A DNA stretch of 63,262 bases, the filler included, from Octopus bimaculoides (taxonomy: Eukaryota), in the NCBI RefSeq assembly GCF_001194135.2. It is 5 parts of 5 records of this genome, joined end to end, with 100 filler letters (N's around TTAATTAATTAA, not from the genome) between each part and the next. Parts side by side here need not be neighbours in the genome. Positions count along the whole stretch, not along the records: positions 43,347 to 56,106 come from NC_068988.1; positions 56,207 to 59,872 come from NC_068989.1; positions 59,973 to 63,262 come from NC_068983.1; 2 more parts are not named here. The stretch is one strand, 5' to 3'. Of the stretch, positions 51,411 to 63,262 are shown piece by piece; within the stretch, counting starts at the first letter, position 1, and each line of letters opens with the position of its first letter. The notes beneath the pieces were generated by a model. It made no database searches and had not been told where the DNA came from. It was given only the letters and a program-made list of their open reading frames with translations. A program made the position numbers and the translations under genes.

Positions 51411-54146
51411 TTCTTTATACTGTCTTTTAAACGATGGGGAGCTGTCTAAATCGCTACAGTGTGGAAAATTTGCTTTCTGGCATTATTTCCGCTCTTTACT
51501 ATGTAATCTCTAATCCCATCGTGATCAAATTTGACTTTGAACCTTTACATCTCTTCCCCACAAAATTGCAGTCCTACCACCCAATTCATAAACAATTAGC
51601 ATTGTTATTAATATTAGTAGCATTACCAGTGAAAAACAACAATAATATTGATAGTTGTTCTTTTATATACACAAAAAAACCGACAATTTGTGTGGATCAT
51701 GTAGGTGATCAATCCTAGAAGGGTGAATCAGTGCAATAAGTGCCTAAATAAATACTGCGAAACATTTTGCTTGATATTCAAAAGATATTATCAAAAAACA
51801 AATATTTATAATTTAACAAATTGCTATAATGAATATCAATATATCATACATCATAAATGCTGTAAGCAAAAACCAGAAGATTTCTTATCACTGAAAATCC
51901 TTTTGTACTGTCATTTTTGAATATCACATCTTTACTATTTGTATCATTGTCGCCAGTATGATGCCTTGATTTTCATTATATCCATCAAAGGAAATAAAAT
52001 GTTCATGGTGTGTTATTCATCTCCCTAAACAGGAAATATTAAAGGTATAGGAAAGCAAATATTTGTCTTAGGAAAGACAGTTTATTGTCGTAGGGGGAGA
52101 CATTTTACAAAAGACGAGTGTTTAGTCAGCTTGCAAAGCAGTAATTTTGAAAAGTATGTAGACTTTGCGACAAGTCCTGATAGAAAGAAAAACCCGAGCC
52201 CAACACAAATTTATGTTACTGTCATTTCTGTATTGGTAATATTCGTAATATACATAAGAAAAAACCTGTCCTTTGCTTTCCGTACAATAATGTACAAGAA
52301 TTTCCATCAAATGATCTTATTAATGTTATCTCATGTTCTTATTTTTGATTCCCATCTCTTCTAGATTAAGTGCTGATTAATAATAGCTCACAAAAATCTT
52401 AATTGATCAAAGTGGCATTTAAAAACAAAAAACATAATCTTGCATGCGAGATGCCATATTGAATTTAAGCGCTAGATTGGCTAATATTACGTCTATTAAT
52501 TGTATGATGCTTGGCCGACTACCATAACTGGAGCAAATCATCAATAGTTTAAACAGCGAATTAAAAAGAGAAATAAAAGGATTAGCGTTTTATTTCATCA
52601 AATTAATTTTTAATCATTGAGAATATCTGGAGCATGGATTAAGAAAATATTTAAGATCAAATCATTCTGTGATCTCGGTTAAGAAACCGATTTCTGTTCA
52701 AAGGTGTGAGGTATGACAAAATAAAGCAAAATTAAACGTAGGTGCTTTCATTACCATATCTGATATTTACGACCTCGGCAAATGAGTATTTAGGAAAAAT
52801 AAAAGTATAAAGCGTATTATAATATTAATATACATGTAGAGACCTGCGGTGAAGATATAACAAAACGAAGAATTAAAGACCCTGAATTATCAAAACTAGC
52901 GATCGGATAGTAAAGAAGCTATACAAACAAAGAAAATAATCTGGTGAAATTGAAAAGCATTGAGAGGGCAAATGAGTCAAAATAAAATTAAATGTAGTAA
53001 TTTGTGCGTCATAAATCTGCTTTCATGTTCGTACGTATCAACATTGACGTAAATGTCTAAATAAGTTACTGAATTAACGAAATCTCTTGCAGTCCTAGAG
53101 TTATAAATAGTTTATATCGATTTATTCTATATTATTTTTGGTATAGTATCCTTTAATTTGCCTTAATTTTAAAGAACGTTTGTACGAGAAACATTCAGAG
53201 TTAAACAATACGATAAATATTTTTTTTTTTTTATCAAGAGAAAGAATTTGATCAAGTAAATAATGGAAAAAGATACTGCAATGAATTCGGCTCTATCAAT
53301 AGATAATAAGTTAATCCTGGGTTATGGTATTGCATATACAGTATTAAACTTAACCAAGAAAGAAACTCATCTTCCCCAGGCAAGTTTCCGATCTTCTACA
53401 GAGCTCGTTTCTTATCAATAACTCATATTTTCCAAAGCTCTGCATAATATTACATTGATTATTTAAAGTCAACATAAAATATTATTCGTATGTAGATATA
53501 TGTAATGCCATAGAAATGATTAAATGTTTACAGATAACAGGGTAAAACGAAATAAACAAGATACGCATTTCTAGATAAAAATGAAGTATTATCATCTTAA
53601 TTTGTTTGATTTAGAAAAATGTGGCGAAAAGGTTGAGTGGTAGACAGAAAATAAATACAATATTGAATCAGAATAATTTATACCCAAGACATTAAACTCA
53701 TTATTAACGGCGTATACTACTCCACCCTTAACAATGTATAATGTAACTCATTCATTCAGACAAATTAATCTAAAATCTTGTTTGCTGAAAAATGCATAGT
53801 CATTATGAATGTCTAAGGTATATAAATAGTCAGAAATAATCGTCTGAATGTTTCCGTAAGGGGGTTTATGCAGGTATAATATATAAAATCCGACGTATAT
53901 GTGATTGAAAGTATATCTAATAATATTTCCTGCTTCAACAGACGCCGCACATCAGATATTAGCACTGAATCGGTGAGAGTTTCATTACTTTAGCTACCAC
54001 CACTTCATTTGTCATTGTCGAAACTACAGCTTTAAACAGCAAATACTAAACATATGAGCATATGAGTGTATGTGAACATGTGTATAGATAGATAAAAAGA
54101 TACATAGACACACACACACATATATATACACATACATATACATACA

Positions 54147-54207
<61 letters not shown>

Positions 54208-54925
54208 GTATCTGTGTATATATATATATGTAAATATATATACATATACATCTGTAGCTTAAACGGATAGCTTAAACGATTGTTTAAATTTACTTCCTCC
54301 CTACATTGCCTGAAATCACATCATTCCAATATAGTCACGACGCGATTACTTCTGTGTTTATCTTTTCTACAATTTTGAGATAACATGATATCTAAGAAAA
54401 GTGATTCATGTACGAAGAAAATAGAATTTTGCAGAAGACCGAATATTGGAAGCCTCTTTCCACCATGATACTGAAATATGCCTGGACGGAATATGTGAGG
54501 TCCTCTGTTGTTCCTGGTTGAAAGCATTCAATGAGAGAATACGATATCTCAACGGAGATCTGTGATCAATTTTAAATATTTCACTTAAATTGTGACTTTG
54601 TCATACCAATCGTATAATGATTAGAATCAGTATTTTGTAAGAAAATCTTCGAAAATAATGTTATGTTCCACAATATTAACCCGTCAGTTATAACATAAAC
54701 AAAACTTGTTTAATCTCGATAAAAAAGGTATTGAATTTGAACAATCTTAAGACATCAAGTTTCATTCCGTGGTCAAATTTATTTTGAAATAGAGTTGCGA
54801 ATTTGCACATGGCTCATACACATTGGTTTTGTGCATAATATGAAAAACAAGTTCTAGTATATTTTGGAGGTATGTTTACTCCATCTCTTATATAACTCCA
54901 TGTAACTTCATTGTATTGTAATATT

Positions 54926-55101
54926 GGTTTCAAATTTCGGCACGAGACCAGCAATTCTACGATACTTATTTTATCGACTCCAAAATGATGAAAGGCAAAG
55001 TCGGCCTCGATAGAATTTGAACTCCAAACGTAAAGACGGAGAAAATGCATCTGAGCATCTATCTTGTCGGGAGTAGTGACGATGCTGCCAGCTCACCGCC
55101 T
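54926..55101 (-). mobile_element. SINE family A
   Basis: ggtttcaaatttcggcacgagaccagc...tgccagctcaccgcc. Confidence 0.8.
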
Positions 55102-57949
55102 TATTATATTGTAATACAGCCAGCAAGTGCAATAACATGTAATCTCCTCATATTGTTTCACAAACTAGGTTACAGGAAAATGCAGTCATATCATTAATGT
55201 TCCTCTTTAAAAGCTGTACTTTATTCTGAGGGGTAATTATTATGAAGAGAGATTCAAAATGCTTGAAGATTTGGAGAAAGAAATTCGTTCGGTGAATATG
55301 CGAAGGGATAGACGCATGGAGATTGATAAGACATATGACTATTGGTACAAAATGACTGAAATGTGGCGGTATGAGACCGGGCAACTCAAAGAAGTAGGGA
55401 ACTTTATTACATTAGTAGAAAAGCCACAGATTTAAGATACCAATCCTATTCATCAAAGGTTCCAGCTTGCCTGAATGTGGACCTACGTATTTGTGTGCGC
55501 AGCATCAGAATCGTCCGGATCGCGGGAGCAATGATTCGTTCTAGGATTCACCTGAGGCCTACTGGCTAATATCGTGGCAAAAAGTGAAAGTAAGCTCATT
55601 CAGCAAATAATTCATACTTTATTTGATAGTTAACTGTCTATTTTTTATATATGGTAACGAATGGGAATTACTACAGAGGCGCGTAAAGAAAGATAATCTG
55701 AACAGTCATTTTATCGACCACAAAGAGATGAAAGTGACATTTATTTTAGCAGACGGTTGAAATTAAATACTAAATACTCTATCACTTCATACTTTTTGCT
55801 AATTTAATTGCCACTATATGAAAATCGCCAACACCAGATCAGAAGCTGACACATATACATATATATCTATCTATCATATATATATACATGACATATAGAT
55901 ATATTTCACAAATACAGGCAGGCATAAGTGCACACGCACATACATAGATACAAACGTACATACAAACTTACACACATATATACGTATTTAGTATATATAC
56001 GTATAAGTTTGCATATATATCTACATCTATGTATCTATATATCTAAATATACACATACATACATTCCTGCACACACGTATATATATATATATATATATAT
56101 ATATATNNNNNNNNNNNNNNNNNNNNNNNNNNNNNNNNNNNNNNNNNNNNTTAATTAATTAANNNNNNNNNNNNNNNNNNNNNNNNNNNNNNNNNNNNNN
56201 NNNNNNATATATACATATATTTACATATATACATAACTACATATACGTATATAAAATTAACTACAACTCCACAAATAAAAGTGTCTTAATCAGTTAGTCT
56301 AAATTAATGTGAAATTCAAAGAAAACCTCTGGGATTCTATCGTCTACACAATTCAATGCTGCATGTGTACACGAAAACAAGCGGCCATAAATCGTATAAT
56401 TTAGTTATAAAATAATGTAAGCACCTGAACAGTTTTCTTTGCATAAGAATTGAAAATGATATTTATAATGAAATGGCTGTAAACATACACACAGATTCAT
56501 GCATAGATGTGTGTATACATGTGTGTGCTCATGCGTCTGTGTGTGTGTATGTGTGCATGTACCTACACAGCGATTGAGAGATAGGTACAAGTGTAGAACA
56601 TGCAACGAACCTATCACACACACGTATATATATATGCATATCTTTTCTTGTTCGGTTGCATCATTCTGTTCACCACCACCAGCGTGTATCAAACTGACGA
56701 CCACCACGTCGACCGCAGTGATGGTGATGATGGGAAGGGGAGGAGTATAAACATAATTACGATGTTGACTATGATGATGTTTATCATGATGATGATGATC
56801 TCATCATCGACGTCATCGTATTATTTAGTATCGTCTTCCCCTTCCTCGTCATTTTCATTGTCACCAACAACATCATTATATGAAATAACCATCACTAGTA
56901 TCTCTTTTCAGTTTCAATTGGTGTTTTGTTGGTGACAATTTGCAATTTGAAACGATTATTTTAAAATTACAGTAACAAATCCACTGGGACAGATTCGTAA
57001 GTCCGGTGTACAAAGGGTAAACCATCTATACAACAACATCACAGCATACGCTATATTTTCATTCTTCAGGCAAACTTCTCACCTATCTCTCCACGTTAAT
57101 CTCTAAGAAATAATTATTCTCATTTTTTCTCATTTTGTTATTACCTAAACAAAATACCTTTGAAGCGGCAGCATATCCTTACAATGCCGATCCCATTTTC
57201 AAATAGCTATAATTAAAGGGTTTTGTTTCAGTATATACTTTTTGTAGCTCGTAGAAGAGATAAAAAACCCTAGATACGATTAACTGAGTAATGCTTTAAA
57301 ATAACATATACACGTCACACACATTCGATGTGATCTAGTTACAAACTCAAAGACCATCATTTTCAAAATAAAATTAACTTTTAAAAACACCACAGTAACT
57401 ATGGTCACATACGAAAAATTAGAACTTTTTCAACGGCATCGGATTAAATTGTTGTAAGATAAATATGCGTGAAAATGCAATAAGCTGCTCTTGTATCATA
57501 TGGTAAGCTTGTATTTGTGGATTTTGAAATGCAGAGGATTTAAATCTAAAGTCAAGACATGGGTGAATTTCAACTCAAAAAGATTAATCTAAAATTGAAA
57601 GAACGGTTAAGTATACTTTTAAAGACAATATGACATTCTTACCGAAACGTTTTGTGTAAAGTAATGAAACAGTGAAACAGAGCAGTATGTTGACAGTAAA
57701 ATAGTATCCATCCATAAAAGGTAAATAAGGAACGCTTGTTGGAACATGCATTCGGGACACTTAAGATAAAACATTCGCTAAATTGCATATCTATATGCGC
57801 ACGCATGCACATACAAATGCACCCGCAATCGTACACATAGAAACACATAAAAACAGACACATCTGCACACATATAAATAATTGTTTGTACGCATGCGCAT
57901 GTGAGCAATGGTGTACGTGTAAGCAAACGCTTGTATATATATTTAAGTA

Positions 57950-58445
57950 CGAGGTCTGATCAAAAAGCATCGGGACTGTTGGTATGGTAACAGAACTAGA
58001 GAACGCAGAGTGAAGCCACTTGGTATAGATTAACCATCAACGCTCTTACGCATGCGCACTAAATAATAAAGCTCTCGCTCATTTCCCTTGTTTAAAACAG
58101 AGCTTCAAAGTAACGGGTGTTGTATGTGGTCATCTCATCACACAACAGAGCTTCCATTAGTGACCATGGCGGGGAAAGACATGTGTGTGTGTGTGCGAGC
58201 GGGCATGTGCGGGTGTATCTGTGTGTTTGCATGGAAAAGACACAGTTTGAAGGTTATTACGAGGAAAAAGATCCCTCGGAAAATCAAATCCTATTTGACA
58301 GGAATTAGATTTCAGGAGGTCGAGGAAATACAAGAGAATGCAACGAGGCAGATGCTCACTGACCCTCAAAAGGAGTTGCAGGAAAGCTTCCATCATCGGA
58401 AACGACGCCGGATAAAGTATGTGGCGTAAGAAAGGGGATTTAGTG
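57950..58445 (+). mobile_element. Mariner-family transposon remnant (internally deleted)
   Basis: TA followed by the TIR-like cgaggtctgatcaaaaag. The translation KIKSYLTGIRFQEVEEIQ...QESF..RKRRRIKYVA resembles a mariner transposase C-terminus. Confidence 0.7.
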
Positions 58446-59076
58446 ACGAATTGGTATATACTATAGTTTTCTTCTTTTAACGCCATTCTCCATATTTTTT
58501 GATCAGACCGAGTAAATTAATGTGTATGATATCAAATATATAAGTAATGTGCACGTAATGTATGTATGCATAAATGGATGGGAGTATGGATGGATTATCT
58601 ATGTATGTATGGATGTATGTATGGATAGATGCATGTATGTATGTATGTATGTATGTATGTAAGTAAATATGCATGTATGGATGGATGGATGGATAGATGC
58701 ATGCATGTATGTATGGATGTATGTATGTATGGATAAATAGATGTATGTATGTTAGAATGTAAGTATGGAAAGAGAGATGTATGTATGTATGATTGTATGT
58801 ATGTATGCATGCATGTATGTATATATATATATGTATGTATGTATGGATGGATGGATGGATATGTATAAATATGCGTGTGTGTATATGTATGATTTAACAA
58901 TTAATTTGATATTGCTTTCAATACCTTGTCTGGTAGTATTTTTTTCGACTGTCCAGTTACTGGGATTAAACTTTACGATACATATATACATAAAGAGAGA
59001 GGAAGGGAGAGAAATAATCTATATACATGCAGCTGTATATGTGAATGTATTTTTATGTGTACTCGTAAAAGTATCC

Positions 59077-59126
<50 letters not shown>

Positions 59127-59631
59127 ATATGGAGATATAAACATCCGTATGTATGTATATATATATGTGTGTATATATATATACACACACATATATATAT
59201 ATATGTATATANNNNNNNNNNNNNNNNNNNNNNNNNNNNNNNNNNNNNNNNNNNNNNNNNNNNNNNNNNNNNNNNNNNNNATATATATATAGATATATAT
59301 ATATATATATATACATACATACGGATGTTTATATCTCCATATCCATGTATCTATCCATTTATCACTATGTATATATAAATACATACATACATACATACAT
59401 ACATACGCACGCACACACACACACACACACGCACACACACACGCACACATATGAATACATGGATACATACACATACACACATACATATATTTATACATCG
59501 GGTGAGACCAGCTTAACTACCAACGTTTCAATGACTGAAGGCGTGTTAATTATTATTTAACAGACACGGGAAATATGTTGTAGCCGTGTAAAAAAAAACA
59601 CACACACAAATAAATAAAACCACACACCCAC

Positions 59632-59662
<31 letters not shown>

Positions 59663-59825
59663 TTTCTATACATACAAGTATACATATATAGTTATACAGA
59701 TATACCCGCACGTATATATGTGTATGTATAAATATACATACACACATACATACATACATATATACATACATACATACACACATATATATATACATATATG
59801 TATATACATACATACATACATACAT

Positions 59826-59872
<47 letters not shown>

Positions 59873-59972
59873 NNNNNNNNNNNNNNNNNNNNNNNNNNNN
59901 NNNNNNNNNNNNNNNNTTAATTAATTAANNNNNNNNNNNNNNNNNNNNNNNNNNNNNNNNNNNNNNNNNNNN

Positions 59973-60013
<41 letters not shown>

Positions 60014-60379
60014 CTCCAGCAGCTTAAGGGCTGAAACATGTAAGAGAATAAAAGAATATATTTACAATTTTCGTCTAATGACAAAATGTAATGAGTATGT
60101 ACTATAAGTGCTCGGTTTGGTTTACTCCTAAAACTCCGGCATGAACAACAACTGAAAACAGGTTGGTGATGAGGCTGCCTAACAAAGCTGGCAAGAAGTG
60201 ACTCATCGTGGAGCGGGTATATATATATATTAGAAATTGAGAGTAGACCATCAAAACATGTGGTATCACTTCAGAGCCTTTAATTTATACTTTATAATTT
60301 AGACATAGTGTAGAGTAGTTATAGTAAATAGGTAAATTGATAACGACTCCGCACTGTGTCTGAATTATAACTCATACAC

Positions 60380-60470
60380 TGGCTTCAAATTTTAGCACAA
60401 GGCCAGCAAGTTCGGGAGAGAGAAGTCGATTATATCAATCCCAGCGTTCAAGTGGTACTTATTTTATCGA
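60380..60470 (-). mobile_element. SINE family A, 3' fragment
   Basis: ggcttcaaattttagcacaaggccagc...gtggtacttattttatcga. Confidence 0.7.
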
Positions 60471-62243
60471 ATGTAAAGACGGAAAGTCTTTAACGTTTCG
60501 AGCTACGCTCTTCAGCGTGTGTGTGTGTGTGTTTGTATGTGCGTGTGTGTTTATATATATATATAAAGGAATACAAAACAGGGACAACAAAACATCCAGA
60601 CGGATGATACAAAAAAGGGACAAAAAAAAAAACACGGATGGGTCATTCGAAGTTTTGTTTCCTCAGTCGGGTTGCAGGTTATCTTTGCAATTTCGGCTGG
60701 TTATACTCGCTAAGCATTTTGCGCGGCGTGCTCTAAGGTGACACTATCTAATCAGGTTTTTATAACACGTCTTGTGTCTCCAAGCAATTCAGGCTCTGAA
60801 CACATGATCTATNNNNNNNNNNNNNNNNNNNNNNNNNNNNNNNNNNNNNNNNNNNNNNNNNNNNNNNNNNNNNNNNNNNNNNNNNNNNNNNNNNNNNNNN
60901 NNNNNNNNNNNNNNNNNNNNNNNNNNNNNNNNNNNNNNNNNNNNNNNNNNNNNNNNNNNNNNNNNNNNNNNNNNNNNNNNNNNNNNNNNNNNNNNNNNNN
61001 NNNNNNNNNNNNNNNNNNNNNNNNNNNNNNNNNNNNNNNNNNNNNNNNNNNNNNNNNNNNNNNNNNNNNNNNNNNNNNNNNNNNNNNNNNNNNNNNNNNN
61101 NNNNNNNNNNNNNNNNNNNNNNNNNNNNNNNNNNNNNNNNNNNNNNNNNNNNNNNNNNNNNNNNNNNNNNNNNNNNNNNNNNNNNNNNNNNNNNNNNNGT
61201 ACGACATACAATGAAAAAGAGAATCGTAGAGAAATCTATGCGATATGTGAATGGATCTTTTTACATATAAGAATTCCACTGCATTACTTAATTTCAGATA
61301 TGAAATTTTCGGCGAATACAAGTATATGGACACATTTTTCTCTTCATTTCCCTTTTTATTCACTCTTTCACTTTTTGCATCAACATTATTCCCGTTTTTT
61401 TTTCTCGTGATTTCTTATGTACCAGCGTCCTGAATTTCAAATAGAACAGACCATGTGCTCAAAGCCCAAAGACTGCTTGGAGACACAAGGCGTGTTATAA
61501 AAGCTTGTATGTACACGTGTCTTCAAAACAAGAAACTCTTAGTAGCTCGTATCTTTATATCGTACACATTAAATGATATTCATCTTTCACTGAATGGAGT
61601 ACTGTTTTTGTTGATCTTGCCTTAACGGAAAAGTCCTTTGCCGTTACCCATATTTCGTCTGTCTGTCTGTCTAGTAATTGCGCGGTTTTTTTTTTGTATA
61701 TGTATAATTATCATAATTATTTTAGTTTGTCTTGTCTGTTTTCGTCATTGTCTTGAACTTTCGTTAGCTATTCCCAGTGGCTTTTTGCAGCTGACGCCAC
61801 CAGAATGAATAATATCAACGACAACGGTGCGATATTGTAATGATCTTTTTGGACGTTGACTGATGAGGAATTAGCTACGAATTTTCCATTTGCTATGTTC
61901 TTGTCAAATTGTCCGTTTGTTATGTTTTTGTTAAATCCCGACTCGCTTATTCTTTCATTCTTTCTTTCGTCGTCCCCCCCCTCACATTTCCTGGCTTTCT
62001 CTTCGTTCTCACCTTCCCTCCTCTTTCACTTCACTCTGTCCTTTTTCTTTTTTCTCGTCCCTCCCTAATTCTTCTATCCCTCTGCCTCTACATCTCTCTC
62101 TTCTCTCTCCACGTGACCGGTGTTCGGCTAAGCCTGACCTTTNNNNNNNNNNNNNNNNNNNNNNNNNNNNNNNNNNNNNNNNNNNNNNNNNNNNNNNNNN
62201 NNNNNNNNNNNNNNNNNNNNNNNNNNNNNNNNNNNNNNNNNNG

Positions 62244-62866
62244 TACATCAATATGAAGCAGCGTAAGGAACGGCTTAGCCCCGGTAAACAAGTCACACCG
62301 CGCGTGAAACAAGATCTTCATCCGCGTAAGACGATGTTGTGCATATGGTGGGACTGAGAAGGGATTATCCACTACGAATTGCTTGAACAGAACCAAACGG
62401 TCAACGCGGAACTCTATGTTCAACAGATGGAACGACTCAACACGGCTATTCAAGAGAAAAGACCTAATCGTCAGCATGGAGTTCTTCTGCTGCACGACAA
62501 CGCCCTTCCTCATATCGCCAATATGACCAAAGGAGCCATTCAAACGCATGGCTGGGAAGTGCTGCCACACCTGCCGTACTCTCCTGACTTGGCACCAACG
62601 GGTTTTCACCTCTTTCAGTCTCTTTCAAATGCGCGGAGTTTCGTTCAATACTGATGCAGAATTGAGAGCTTGGTTGGATCAATTTTTCGAGTCCAAATCG
62701 GGTGATTTCTACCAACGAGGTATTAAAAATCTTGTTGAACGTTGGGAAGAAGTTGTAAACAACAAGGGTGAATACATTATGGATAAATTAGTTGTTATTT
62801 TTTTTTATTAAACCTTTTAAAGAATTTAAATTTTTAAAAACGGCGGGAACTTAGTTGCCAACCTAA
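62244..62866 (+). mobile_element. Mariner transposase pseudogene, 3' half plus TIR
   Basis: KTMLCIWWD*EGIIHYELL, LLHDNA, LPHLPYSPDLAP, RWEEVVNNKGEYI. Contains a stop and a frameshift. The TIR ends ttgccaacctaa|TA. Confidence 0.93.
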
Positions 62867-63055
62867 TATATGTATAAGTATGTATGTATATGCCCGGGCA
62901 TCATGGCAGTTGTACTAGGTATATCCGGACAATTGATCAAGATTATGGCTATATTGGATCCGTTATTAAACAACATATATGTCAAATCATATTCACAACA
63001 TAAATATATATAAAAAAAATTATAATAAAATGATAAGTAAAAGTGCTTTATGACG

Positions 63056-63262
63056 TACTAGCAGTATAACCCGACCTTGTCCGGGTGTGACTTATTATGC
63101 TATCTACGATAAGTCTTGCTAGCTGAAAATCAACTAAAAAAGAAAGCCTTACAACGAAAAAACCCTTATGATGTAAATATGTTCATAATTCAAAAGACGA
63201 TGAAATTAATAGGGAAAGTCTGAAGGCTGTTTTGCGTAAAATTATTAAGCGTACGTAAATTT
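63056..63262 (+). mobile_element. Probable Helitron/Helentron-type non-autonomous element end
   Basis: TACTAGC followed by the short hairpin ACCCGAC-CTT-GTCCGGGT, typical of HINE/Helentron-like ends. Confidence 0.5.

Overview
Eukaryotic, AT-rich, repeat-saturated genomic DNA from a gapped draft assembly: 13 N-gaps, four of which carry an artificial TTAATTAATTAA linker. The microsatellite load and the repeat families (tRNA-head SINEs, RTE LINEs with (GAT)n tails, mariner, a piggyBac-type MITE) point to an octopus genome; this is inference. One protein-coding gene is well supported. It is an NMNAT (nicotinamide mononucleotide adenylyltransferase) on the minus strand, reconstructed from 7 GT-AG exons with compatible phases: 42382-42315, 37886-37762, 32848-32718, 28881-28780, 25777-25719, 25031-24933 and 23895-23628 (852 nt, 283 aa plus stop). 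Its N-terminal exons (GxFxP..H motif) were not found. The last exon adds an ~88-aa tail with two SPKR motifs, a bipartite-NLS-like pair of basic clusters and a C-terminal ETCV. Most other long ORFs in the track are microsatellite or N-gap artefacts, or decayed RTE, CR1-like and mariner sequence. Other notable items: a 136-bp near-perfect inverted repeat (7577-7712 / 8249-8384), a Penelope-type minimal hammerhead ribozyme motif (~1466-1513), candidate alternative NMNAT exons, and a few orphan exon-like segments in the first 10 kb.
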